A stretch of DNA of 64,000 nucleotides from the NCBI GenBank assembly GCA_038087875.1, contig JAXLNO010005841.1:3782001-3846000 (forward strand). Reading direction: 5' to 3'. The DNA is from Malacoraja senta (lineage: Eukaryota). The translations under genes and the position numbers were made by a program. This document shows positions 32,114-45,297 of the stretch, piece by piece. Each line of letters opens with the position of its first letter. Positions within the stretch are counted from its first letter, which is position 1. The notes under the pieces were generated by a model that was given only the letters and a program-made list of their open reading frames with translations, did no database searches and had not been told where the DNA came from.

Positions 32114-35100
32114 TTAAGACCACAGGTCATAGCCTCAGAATTAAAGATGTTCTTTTAGAAATGATGTGAGGAGGAACATCTTTAGTTAGAAGGTAACTAA
32201 TCTGTGGAACTCATGACCACAGAGGGCCGTGGAGGCCAAATCGGTGGATACGTGTGAGGCGGAGGTAGATATTCTTGATTAGAACGGGAGTAAAGGGTTA
32301 TGGGGAGAAGCCAGGGAAATGGGATTAGAACAGCCATGATTGAATGGCGGAGTAGATTCGATGGGCGAATGGCCTAATTGTACTCCTATAACATGTGCAC
32401 TTATGACAGCTGCATCGTGGTATCCCAAATGTTATCGTCAATATCATTCCAAATGCGGTCAATCATACTAAACGCCTCTTGCCATTCTATCCACATAAAA
32501 AAAACACTTTCAGGGTACTGCGCTCCAATTCCTATACCGGGAACCGTTCACTCCACATCTTGTCCGTGCACTCCACATCTTGTTCTCTATTCTGTTGCAC
32601 TCTCAGAGAATCTGTAAATCCAGCCCTGGCTTGACATATGAAATTGAAACAGCAAACACTTGCCAGAGTATTATCTGTATTGTGAACATTATTCCTTCAA
32701 AGAGGGCATCACAAAGGAAAAGCAAGTTACGTGAATATGGCACAGTTGATGAAAAAATAAATCCGTTGGTTAAAATTGATATCCATTTGAGGGACAGCAT
32801 TTCATATTTCGCTTGGGCAGCTTGCAACCCAGTGGTATGAATATTGATTTAACTAACTTCAAGAAACCCTTGCACTCCCTCTCTCTCCATCCCTCCCCCA
32901 CTCAAGTCGCATAAGTTTCCCGTTCTCACCAAGCAAGCAGCTAACAATGGCATGTTTCCATTAACATTGTAACCTTTTTATATATCTTTCATTCATTTGA
33001 CCAATATCTCTCTACATCATCTATATCATTGTCTATATCTCTCGTTTCCCTTTCCCCTAACTAGTTTGAACAAGGGTCTCGACCCGAAACGGCAACCATT
33101 CCTTCTCTCCAGTGATGCTTGTAGTCCCACTGAATTACTCAAACATTTTATGTCCATCATCTGTTTAAACCAGCATCTGCAGTTCCTTTCTACCCTTTGA
33201 TTATACGGCTGCTCTTGGAAGAATGTGCATATCTCCCGTCCTTGTGGTCTTTGATTAGATCATAGTCAGCGCAGTACATTTTATTTTTTTAATGTCATAT
33301 ATCATGGTTAGACCACACCAAAGCACCGGACACGGATAGAATACACGGATTGTGGTGGATGAAGCTAGAGTCATACAGCCCGTTCGGCACAACTTACCCC
33401 TATCTACAATGATGGTTCACCTATCCCAGTTCCACCTGCCTGCATTTACCCCTTAATCCTCTAAACCTTTCCTATCTATCTACCTGTCAAAATGTCTTTT
33501 ATAAGTTGGTCTAATTTCTGCCACAACGAATTCTTGCGGTCGCTCGCTCATTACACCTACCATCCACCATGTAAACAGTTGTGCATCAGGTTCCTATTAT
33601 TTTCTTCCCCTTTCACATTAAACGTACGTTCACTGGTTCGTGTACCCTTACTTAGGAGAAGGGACTCAGTGCATTTACTCTATCTATTCCCCACATGATC
33701 GTTCTCACAGGTATAAGATCATCCGTCGTTCCCCTTTGCTCCAAGGAACGTAGTCCTAACTTGCCCAACCTTTCCTTTTTCACACATGCAATATAGTCCT
33801 GGCAATATACTTGTAAATCGTCTCTATATTCTTTCTAGGTTCACAACATCTTCCTTTAGCAGTGTGACCATAATTATACAGTTCCGGAAATGCGGCTGCA
33901 CCAATATTTTGCACATGTATAACATAGCATCATAACTTCTAGATTCATAACCGAAACCGATGAAGGCCAATGTACAGAAAGCCTTATTGACCAACGTAAA
34001 TACCAGTGACGGCACGTTTATTTAACTATATACCTGCACTCCTTTTCACGAAGACATTGTCCAGCACCCTGCCTTTTACTGTGTGGGTCTTGCCCTGGTT
34101 TGTTATACCAAAATGCAACACCTCGCAATTATCTGCATTGTATATCATTAAAGATTCATCTGCCCACTTGCCCAAATGGTCACGTTTCTGCTGTAGTCTA
34201 TTTATTACTAAAACTCTCATCTTGTTTGTGATTCTGTGTGCGTGCGTGTCTGTGTGCGTGTCAAAGAGATCCAGGAACTACGCCAAAACAGTACACAATA
34301 GCGCTGCAATTTTTGTACCACGTTACTCACAATTGTCTTGTGGTGTGTTTTTTTTAAATCAAGTTTCGTTCAGAGTTATGATATATTTTACAAGTTATTC
34401 ACTTTTTAACTTCACAAAATCCAGTTTGAGGAAGAATCAGTTGAACCTGTTGTGGCAGTTGCAGTGGCAGTTAGCAGCTATGATTTCACAATGGGATCTC
34501 ATTTACACAAATTGCCCCTGAGCAGTGCGTCCCCCGACAATTACATCACAATGGGACATAATTTACATTAACTGCCCATCATCAGTGTTCCACCCAGTGC
34601 AGTAAGAGATGTGTTACATTGTTGCTTTGAGACGGAGGGAGTGGGGAGGGAAGGAGGAGAAATGTCGGATACGGGAGAGGGGATGAGTGGGGGAGCAGAG
34701 TGATAGAGGGAGAGGAGGGGGATGGGGAGAGGAGAGGGGTTATGGAGGGATGGAGGGAGAGAGTGACTGAGGGTAGGGGAAATGAGAGGGACGGAGAGGT
34801 GNNNNNNNNNNNNNNNNNNNNNNNNNNNNNNNNNNNNNNNNNNNNNNNNNNNNNNNNNNNNNNNNNNNNNNNNNNNNNNNNNNNNNNNNNNNNNNNNNNN
34901 NNNNNNNNNNNNNNNNNNNNNNNNNNNNNNNNNNNNNNNNNNNNNNNNNNNNNNNNNNNNNNNNNNNNNNNNNNNNNNNNNNNNNNNNNNNNNNNNNNNN
35001 NAGACCGAAGACCACTCTATTTATAGTACCATCAGGCGAATCGTAGGCCAGTTCTTTTCCCGGACCCGTGGTTTCTAACAAACTGCGCTCCAGCAATTAC

Positions 35101-35606
35101 CTGCAGACTCCGTGCAAGCTGCCACACCGACAGCTTTGAACGTAAGTAAGACTTTAGCTTCTCTCCAGTTGATCGAATTTGCTCTCTATTCATATGACAA
35201 AAGAATGGGGGGGGGGTGTTGTGGTCTGGTTGTGTGAGCCCCGTTATGTGAGAACGCGAAAGAGTGCGTGGGTGATGGTGGGGGGGGGGGGTTAAATTTG
35301 ATTAGTTACATACGCTGGTGTTGTGTGGATCTGTGTGTATGCGCGTACGCCTTCGAGCTGTGTGTTTATGGAAGGAGTGCATGTGTTTTATGTGCGTGTG
35401 CGTGCGCAAGCACGAGTACGACAGGGCCTGTGTATGTGTGCGTTTATTGAACGAGTGTGTGTTATGTATATGCTGTGTTTTGTGTGTTCTTTACATACAG
35501 TATGTGTCCTGAGCACTTGAAGTGAGGATGTATGTATATGCAAGCTGTGTGAGACTGGGTATTCAGTGCATCTGTGAGCGCGGGGTGGGTTGCATGTGCA
35601 TAGATA

Positions 35607-37089
35607 CATAGATACATAGAAAATAGGTGCAGGAGTAGACCATTCGGCACTTCGAGCCTGCACCGCCATTCAATATGATCATGGCTGATCATCCAACTCA
35701 GTATCCCGTACCTGCCTTCTCTCCATACCCCCTGATCCCTTTAGCCACAGCGGCCACATCTAACTCCCTCTTAAATATAGCCAATGAACTGGCCTCCACT
35801 ACCCTCTGTGGCAGCGAGTTCCAGAGATTCACCACTCTCTGTGTGAAAACGTTTTTTCTCATCTCGGTCTTAAAGGATTTCCCCCTTATCCTTAAGCTGT
35901 GACCCCTTGTCCTGGACTTCCCCAACATCGGGAACAATCTTCCTGCATCTAGCCTGTCCAACCGCATAATAATTTTGTACGTTTCTATAAGATCCCCTCT
36001 CAATCTCCTAAATTCTAACGAGTATAAGCCACGTCTATCCAGTCTTTCTTCATATGAAAGTCCTGACATCCTAGGAATCAGTCTGGTGAACCTTCTCTGC
36101 ACTCCCTCTATGGCTATAATGTCCTTCCTCAGATTTGGAGACCAAAACTGTACGCAATACTCCAGGTGTGCTCTCACCAAGACCCTGTACAACTGCAGTA
36201 GAACCTCCCTGCTCCTATACTCAAATCATTTTGCTATGAAAGCTAACATACCATTCGCTTTCTTCACTGCCTGCTTCACCTGCATGCCTACTTTCAATGA
36301 CTGGTGTACCATGACACCCAGGTCTCGCTTCATCTCCCCTTTTCCTAATCGGCCATCATTTATATAATAGTCTGCTTTCCTGTTTTTGCCACCAAAGTGG
36401 ATAATCTCACATTTATCCACATTATACTGCATCTGCCAAACATTTGCCCACTCACCCAGCCTATCCAAGTCACATTGCAGACTTCTAGCATCCTCCTCAC
36501 AGCTAACACTGCCCCCCAGCTTAGTGTCATCCGCAAACTTGGAGATGTTGCCTTCAATTCCCTCAACCAGTTCATTAATATAAATTGTAAATAGCTGGGG
36601 TCCCAGCACTGAGCCTTGCGGTACCCCACTAGTCACTGCCTGCCATTGTGAAAAGGACCCGTTTACTCCTACTCTTTGCTTCCTGTTTGCCAGCCAGTTC
36701 TCTATCCACATCAATACTGAACCCCCAATAGCGTGTGCTTTAAGTGTGTATACTAATCTCTTATGTGGGACCTTGTCGAAAGCCTTCTGAAAGTCCAGAT
36801 ACAACACATCCACTGGTTGTCCCCTATCCAGTCTACTAGTTACATCCTCAAAAAATTCTATAAGATTCGTCAGACATGATTTACCTTTCGTAAATCCATG
36901 CTGACTTTGTCCAATGATGTCACCACTTTCCAAATGTGCTGCTATCCCATCTTTAATAACTGACTCTAGCAGTTTCCCCACTACCGATGTTAGACTAACT
37001 GGTCTGTAATTCCCCGTTTGCTCTCTCCCTCCCTTCTTAAAAAGTGGGGTTACGTTTGCTACCCTCCAATCATCAGGATCTACTCCTGG
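35607..37089 (-). mobile_element. CR1-type LINE, duplicate of 20453-21935
   Basis: The 312-aa ORF differs at four residues (V/L, D/V, R/S, L/I). Confidence 0.95.
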
Positions 37090-39377
37090 GGGGTTTGATT
37101 GTGTGTGTTTGTGTTCGTGTGTACGTGTGTATGTGTGTGTGTGTTCAATGATCAGATGATTCAATTATACTTTATTGTTCACAAGTGCCTAGGTACAGCG
37201 AAATGCTTTGCCTACAATACCCGGTAAAAACATACAGCAGACCTCACCTCGGCAGTCCACAAATATCGCCACGTTTCTGGCGCTGACGAAGTAACAGAAA
37301 TGTATCTTCTGCTTGCCGCGGCACGTGGTAGCAGGCTGAGTCCCTTCACCCACACCCTTCCCCGCCGGGTTCCCCCCTTCAATCTCGGCGCAGCCCCCAC
37401 CTCTTCGGTCTCGGCGGCANNNNNNNNNNNNNNNNNNNNNNNNNNNNNNNNNNNNNNNNNNNNNNNNNNNNNNNNNNNNNNNNNNNNNNNNNNNNNNNNN
37501 NNNNNNNNNNNNNNNNNNNNNNNNNNNNNNNNNNNNNNNNNNNNNNNNNNNNNNNNNNNNNNNNNNNNNNNNNNNNGCCTATAAGTGTGTGTGTTTGTTT
37601 GTGGGTGTGTGCTTGTAAGTGTGCGTGTGTGTTTCGAGGTAAATGTTTGTGTATGTGTGTGTGTTGGTGCAAGTCTGTATGTATGCTCTGCATTCTTGCC
37701 TCCTTGCCAAAATAAAATGTCCACTTGATTTCTCTGAAATCCATTGTGAAATGTAAACTTTTCGCTCCCATTTTTTGTGAAGTTATAGTAACCTCCGAAT
37801 GTCAATCTACAAGTACGTTTCATTGTAAAGTCTGCTTTCGACTTTGTTTCTGGTACAAGTGTTGCAACGTGGCCTCACGCAGTTGTTGCAATACCGTTTT
37901 CCAGCCAAAATAATTTGGCTACAAATCCCGCAGCAGACATCAAAGGCAAAATCATCACTGCTGAATGTCCCAGGAGTCATGTGGACGGTGAAGTTCATGA
38001 AGGGAGGGGTAACTAAGGGTTCTGGCCCTGGGGGATTGAGCCATTTAGTTGGGGAATGAGCGTGTTGACAGCCAATAACGCAATTAAAATAAAATAAAAT
38101 AAAATTTCTTTTTGAGCCAAGATCATTGTTTTTTTTTTGTCTGATTCGTGTATTTTCCTGAACTCACAGACCCAGAACGATGGTTAAAATCGTCGAGTTT
38201 TACATGACAAGAACAGACCATTCTGTCCCTCTGGTTCGTGCTGAACAGGTTACCTAACTGAGCTTGAAGATAGACACAAAGGCTGTAGTAACTGAGCGAG
38301 TAAGGCAGCATCTTTGGTGACGTTTCGTGTCGAGACTCTTCTTCAGGCTGAGAGTAAGGGGAAAGAGAAACGCGACGTATACAGTAGCAAGTGATATAGA
38401 GAGATAGAAAGCATATGAATGAAACATTTGCAAAATGTAACGAAGATCAAGGAAAGGTGAAGCCCACTGTGGTCCATTGATATTATCTGAAGAAAGTGCA
38501 GATTCCAATAGAATCCTTGACTCATACATCTTGTCCAAACTTAAAAAGAGAGTGGCGGCGTCTCGAACGCGCTGCCAATGGCAGTAGTGGAAGCAGATCG
38601 ATAGTGGTATTAGGCACTCGGACATGCAGGATATGGAAGATTGTGCCTCGTGTAGCCGGGGTGAGATTATTTGAACTCAGCATCGCGTTCGGTACAAACA
38701 TTATAGGTCAAAAAGCTTGTTCACGTGCAGTTCTATTTTCTATGCTCTTCTATTTCCCGATCTCAGAACCTTATCTTCCATGCATCTTTCCTCTTCATGT
38801 AACTATGCGGTGGCACGGTGGCACGGTGGCACGGTGGCGCAGCGGTGGATTTGCTGCTTCACCCGGGTTCGATCCCGACTATACGGAATATGCACTTTCT
38901 CGAAGTGAACTGCGTGGATTTTCTCCGGGATCTCCTGCGATCTGTTGGTTTATCGATTATGTTATGAATATTTGTCGTTCGGATTTCTGTGGCGCAAAAC
39001 CGCAAAGCGAGAATATATCTCTTAAGAATTAGTTTAGGTTAATTTATAGATACAGCGCGGAAACATGCCCTTCGGCCTGCGGAGTCCGCGCCGACCAACG
39101 ATTCCTGCACACGAACATCATCCTACAGACACTAGATACAATTTAAAATGTTATCGATGCCACATAACCAACAAATCATTACGTCTTTGGAGTGTGGGAG
39201 GAAAGTGCTGCTCCAGCCGTAAACCCATGCAGGTTATGTGGAGAACGTACAAACTCCGGACAGACAGTACCGGGAGGCAGGATGGAACCCAGGTCTCTGA
39301 CACTCTAAAGCAGTAACTCTATACGCTGTTCCACCGTGACGCCTATAGTAATATTATTTGATTTTTCTTTTTTCCAT

Positions 39378-39459
39378 ATCCCGATAACCGTAAACGGACG
39401 ATATATTCAAGAAAACACAATGATCTGGCAATATTGCTTCCCTCTGTTACTTCTCCAAG
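39378..39459 (+). pseudogene. Siglec-like leader exon, copy 2, with splice acceptor mutated AG to AT
   Basis: TTTTTTCCAT at 39368-39377 vs TTTTTTCCAG in copy 1; ATG at 39420 and the donor are intact. Confidence 0.8.
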
Positions 39460-42400
39460 GTAAAATCGGCAACGTTTCGCATGGATTGCTTACATCCCTG
39501 GCAAATTATAATAGTGATACGATGGGGCTAATGTCAACATGGACGCAGTGTGGTAACGCACACGAGACGTCCATCACCGTTGAGGCCACGCAGCCAATTA
39601 GTTCAACATCTCAATTGTTGGAATCATCGTCTCTCAACCATCCTTCGCCAACCGCAGTTGCACTGGACACGTTTTGTGTACAGAGAAGGGCGGGTGCCTG
39701 GAATGCACAGCTGGAGTAGTGGTGGAGGGAGATACGATTATTGCAATTAAAATTATTTTGAATAGGTCCACAGATATGCAGCGAATGGTGTGATATGATT
39801 TATGAGTAGGCGGAGGAGATTGATGTGGCATCATGTTCGGCACAGGAATGGTGGCTCAGGGGACCAGTTCCTTTGGTGTACGGTTCTATGTTTGCGGTGA
39901 TATGGATGAGAAATAAGAAATGCAAAGGAGCCCATCGTTGGGGCAGCGATCTCGGATATTTGCAGGGGAGAATGTTGTGGATAAATAAACAATCTTCTGG
40001 ATTTCCCAGCGGATCAGGCAACCATTGTGCGGAGAAATGAACAAACGACGTTCCGGGTCGAGGCCCTTCACGCGTCAGAATGAGTGGAAGGGAGATAAGA
40101 AGTATAAGATGTAGGCGAGATATGATTGATTGATTGATTGATTCATAGATTCATTGTTGATGAGGGAGGAGTTGGCCAAAGTTGACTGGAAAGATACTGT
40201 AGCAGGGATGACAGTGGAACAACAATGGAGGTATTTCTAGGAATAATACAGGTGCAGGATCAGTTCATTCCAAAGAGGAAGAAAGATTCCAAGGGGAGTA
40301 AGGGGCGACCGTGGCTGACAAGGGAGGTCAGGGACAGTACAAATATATAAGAGAAGAAGTACAATGTAGCAAAGATGAGCGGGAAGCAAGAGGATTGGGT
40401 AATGTTTTAAGATCAACAGAAGATAACTGAAAAGACAATACGGGGAGAAAAGATGAGGTACGTAGGTAAGCTAGCCAAGAATATAAAGGAGGATAGTAAA
40501 AGCTTCTTTAGGTATGTGAAAAGGAAAAACATAGTTAAGACCAAAGTTGGACGATTGAAGACTGAAAAGGGTGAATTTATTATGGGGCATAAGGAAATGG
40601 CAGATTAGTCGAACAGGTACTTTGGATCCCTCTTCACTAAGGAGGACACAAACAATCTTCCTGAAGTACTAGTGTCCAGAGGATCGGGGGTGATAGAGGA
40701 TCTGAAGGACATCCACATTAGGCTGGAAATGGTGTTGAGTGGACTGATGGGACTGAAGGCTGATAAATCCCCAGGGCCTGATGGTCTGCATCCCAGGGTA
40801 CTTAAGGATGTGACTCTATAAATCGTGGATGCATTGGTGATAATTTTCCAATGTTCTAAAGATTCAGGATCCGTTCCTGTGGATTGGATGGTAGAAAACA
40901 GGGAATTATAGACCAGTTCGCCTGACATCGGTGGTGGGGAAGATGCTGCAGTCAATTATTAAAGATGAAATAGCGGCACATTTGGATAGCAGTAACAGGC
41001 TCGGTATGAGTCAGCATGGATTTACGAATGGGAAATCATGCTTGACTAATCTTCTGGAATTTTTTGAGGATGTGACTAGGGAAATGGACAAGGGAGAGCC
41101 AGTGGATGAGGTGTACCTGGACTTTCAGAAAGCATTTGATACGGTCCTATATAGGGGATTAGTGAGCAGAATTAGGGCACATTTTATTGGGGGTAGAGTG
41201 CTGACATGCATAGACAATTGGTTGGCTGTCAGGAAACAAAGTATAGGGATTATCGGGTCTCTGCTTTGTAGGCAGTGACTAGTGTGGTACTACTCCAGAA
41301 TCTAAGGAGTTTTGAAAAATTATCAAATGCATCCACTATTTCTGGGGCTACTTCCGTAAGTACTCTGGGATGCAGCCTATCTGGCCCTGGGGATTTATCG
41401 GACTTTAATCCATTCAATTTACCTAACACCACTTCCCGGCTAACCTGGATTTCACTCAGTTCCTCTATCTCATTTGGCCCGCGATCCCCTGCTATTTCTG
41501 GCAGATTATTTATGTCTTCCTTAGTGAAGACAGAACCAAAGCAGTTCTTAAATTGGTCTGCCATGTCCTTGTTCCCCATGATCAATTCACCTGTTTCTGA
41601 CTGCAAGCGATCTACATTTGTTTTAACTAATCCTTTTCTCTTCACATATCTATAAAAACCTTTGCAGTCAATTTTTATGTTCCCTGCCAGTTTTCTTTCA
41701 TAATCCATTTTCCCTTTCCTAATTAAGCCCTTTGTCCTCCTCTGCTGGACTCTGAATTTCTCCCAGTCCTCTGGTAGGCTGCTTTTTCGGGCTAATTTGT
41801 ACGCTTCATCTTTTGTTTTGATACCATCCCTGATTTCCCTTGTTATCCACGGATGCACTACCTTCCCTGATTTATTATTTTGTCAAACTGGGATGAACAA
41901 TTGTTGTAGTTCATCCATGCAATCTTTAAATGCCTTCCATTGCATATCCACCGTCAACCCTCTAAGAATCAATTGCCAGTCTATCTTGGCCAATTCACGT
42001 CTCATACCCTCAAAGTTACCTTTGTTTAAGTTCAGAACCCTTGTTTCAGAATTAGCAATGTCACTCTCCATCCTAATTAAGAACTCAACAATATTATGGT
42101 CACTCTTGCCCAAGGAGCCACGCACAACAAGACTGCTAACTAACCCTTCCTCATTTCACAATACCCAGTCTAGAATAGCCTGCTCTCTCGTTGGTTCCTC
42201 TGCATGTTGGTATTGAAAACTATCCCGCATACATTCCAAGAAATCCTCTTCCTCAGCACCCCTGCCAATTTGATTCACCCTATCTATATGTAGATTGAAG
42301 TCACCCATTATAACTGTTTTACCTTTGTTGCACGCATTTCTAATTTCCTGTTTGATGACATCCCCAACTCCTGTTAGGTGGCCTGTACACAACACCCACT

Positions 42401-43569
42401 AGCGTTTTCTGCCCCTTAGTGTTTCGTAGCTCTACCAATATCGATTCCACATCCCCCAAGCTAATGTCCTTCCTTTCCATTGCGTTAATCTCCTCTCTAA
42501 CCAGCAACGCTACCCCACCTCCTTTTCCTTTCTGTCTATCCATCCTGAATATTGAATATCCCTGGATGTTCAGCTCCCAGCCTTGGTCACCCTGGAGCCA
42601 CGTCTCCGTGATCCCAACTATATCATACTCATTAATAGCTATCTGCACATTCAACTCATCCACCTTATTACGAATGCTCCTTGTATTGAGACACAAAGCC
42701 TCCAGGCTTGTTTTTACAACGCTCTTACCCCTTATACAATTATGTTGAAAAGTAGCCCTTTTTGATTTTTGCCCTGGATTTGTCTGCCTGCACTTTTACT
42801 TTTCACCTTGCTACCTATTGCTTCTACCCTCATTTTACACCCCTCTGTTTCTCTGCTCACACATTTACGAAACCCACCAACTCTTATTCTCTGTTTATTA
42901 TTTTGTTCTTCTTTCACCCCTACATGTTGGGTCTGAGTGCTTCCCTTCTCTGCCTCGTGCCTCACACACTGTCTACTAGCTTTCTCTATTTGAGTCCCTC
43001 CCCCCAACCGTTCTAGTTGAAAGTCTCCCCAGTAGCCTTTGCAAATCTCCCCACCAGAATAATAGTTTATGCGACGTTGTATAGTCCCTGCGTAGCCTAC
43101 TTCCTCTGTCGTTTCGGACACCCACCACGCCAAAGAAGTATTGGTTAATTGCCTTCTGTAAAATTGGAAATTGTCCCTACTGTGTAGGATACTGTTAGTG
43201 TGCGGGAATCGTCTCTATTCGGAGCGGATAGAGACGGCCTAAGGGCCTGTTTCCGCTCTGTATCTAAACTAAACTAAACTAAACTAAACATTTTTGGGGG
43301 AAAAGGCACCCCTAGGATTCATATTAAATGTTCCCCCTTCACCTTCAACCTATGAAAGTAGAAATGTGATTTACTGATTTTTTTTTTAATTAAGCCATGT
43401 TGTAGCTATGTAATTGTATAAAATGTGCAGCAGGTCAGAATTTTATTTTTTCTGTTGGCGGTAGCAATGACTTACCTGGAATCATTCCAGTAGATTGCCT
43501 TTTGCTGTTTTAGTGGTTCCTGCCGCACCATTTAACACTGTCGTCAACTTATCTGCTCCACCATTGCAG

Positions 43570-43926
43570 GCGTCCAGCCGGGAGAGTGGACCATGCGGGC
43601 TCTGTCCCATCGTGCCATCAGGAAGTCTTGCGTGGTGATACCCTGCACGTTCGACTTCCCTTCGCGTCCTTACACCGCCGTCCACGGAGCGTGGTTCAAG
43701 TACTGGGACCACTGGAAGTACACGGTGTCTTACTCTAGAGATCCCAACTACGTGATGGCCGGATTCAAGGGGCGGGCTGAAATCGTTGGTAACCTGGGAG
43801 AGAAAGACTGCTCGCTGAGGATCAATCACCTCAGATCCGAAGACTCTGATGTGTACTACTTCTACGTGGAACTGGACGGCTTTGATTCTTACTGCTACAA
43901 ACCCCCCGTCCAACTGCACGTTCTGG
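43570..43926 (+). CDS. Siglec-like V-set exon, copy 2
   Basis: Same translation and splice sites as 28457-28813. Confidence 0.88.
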
Positions 43927-45006
43927 GTGAGGCCCCTTCAAAGTTTGCGTCCGCTGTGCGCACCTACTTCAGAGTTGGTTTCGCTCGTTTTTGAAATTTC
44001 CTTTCTCAGTCCTTTCTCAGTCCCGCGCTTTATGAACGAGCGCAGGAGGTTTGCAGCCTTGGGGAATTGCACAGCAATGTGAATACGTATTGGGACAGCG
44101 ATAGTACAGAGGGCGAAATGTTCAATGAGAGAGAGGTGCCAGTAACGGCTTGGCGTCCAACAAGCGTGGTTCTAGCGAGTGGTAGAGTTGATGCGTCACA
44201 GCGCCAAAGACGTGCGGTTCCATGTTGTCTACGGGTGTTTTCTACGTGATCTTTGCACGTTCTCTCTGGGAACACGTGGGATTTCTCGGGGTGCTACGGT
44301 TTTCTGCCGCACTCCTCAGACGTACATATTTGCAGGTTAATTGGCCGAATGGCAGGGAGGTAAAAAAAACGTTGAAAGCCCCCTGGTGAAATCCATCGGT
44401 GGAACTGCAGTGATTCCTAGGACCTTACACTGTGGAATGTTGGAGCCATGGCGATTTGTCCTCGGCGACACTCTTAATAAATGGGATTAGTACACATAGA
44501 GAATAGGTAGATAGATAGATCCATGGATAGATGCGTGGGTAGATGTTTCGGTAGCTGGATAGATAGACGGATGGGGATGGATGGGTGGAGTGGTGGGGGA
44601 CATATGGGTGGACGGATGGTGGTCAGGTGGTAGACAGATGGGTAGATAATGGATGGACAGGTGAATTTTTAAATGATATTATAATCATAGTATGCCATAC
44701 TCTCTTGGGCAGATTAGTGGCTATAGATGGTGGATTCCAGAGCAATAGCTGGAGTGACTGCGAGCAACATCAATGGAGTCAAAATGATGGTGGACAATTT
44801 GGGTTGAGATTGTGCCTTCCATACCATCTCTTTCCCTCCACAAATGCTGCTCAGCATGTTGTGTTCCTTGATCAGTGTGTTCTTGGCTCCATCCAAGGCA
44901 GTGCGTTCTGGACTAACAACAGTTTGAGTCTAAAATATAACTCGCATCACCACCCCCTCCCACTTCAGACCTACACGTTGTTTCACTAAATCTTTCCAAT
45001 CTCCAG

Positions 45007-45297
45007 ATGTACCTGATCAACCCGAGATTTTAATCCCGGGAACTCTCACAGAAGGGACCCCGGTGAACATCATCTGCAAAGCCCTCTACACCTGTCCCGA
45101 TCAACGCCCATCACTCACCTGGAGTGAGCTGCCAGATTCCACCATCATTGTGCTTGTGGATAAAAGGAGGGGTGAAATTTCCACTGTCTTGAATTTAACT
45201 CCTTCCGTCGCTCATCACGGTCAAACGGTTCGCTGTACGGTTGACTACTTTGATACGAGTCACAGACTGGAAAACTCCGTTACCCTGAATGTAACAT
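45007..45297 (+). CDS. Siglec-like first C2-set exon, copy 2
   Basis: Same translation and splice sites as 29894-30184. Confidence 0.88.

Larger units (their letters stand above)
19846..34801 (+). repeat. ~15-kb tandem segmental duplication, copy 1 (or false haplotype duplication)
   Basis: Collinear and near-identical to 35002-50018; offsets 15156, 15154, 15145, 15113, 15217 and 15216 track small indels. Confidence 0.97.
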
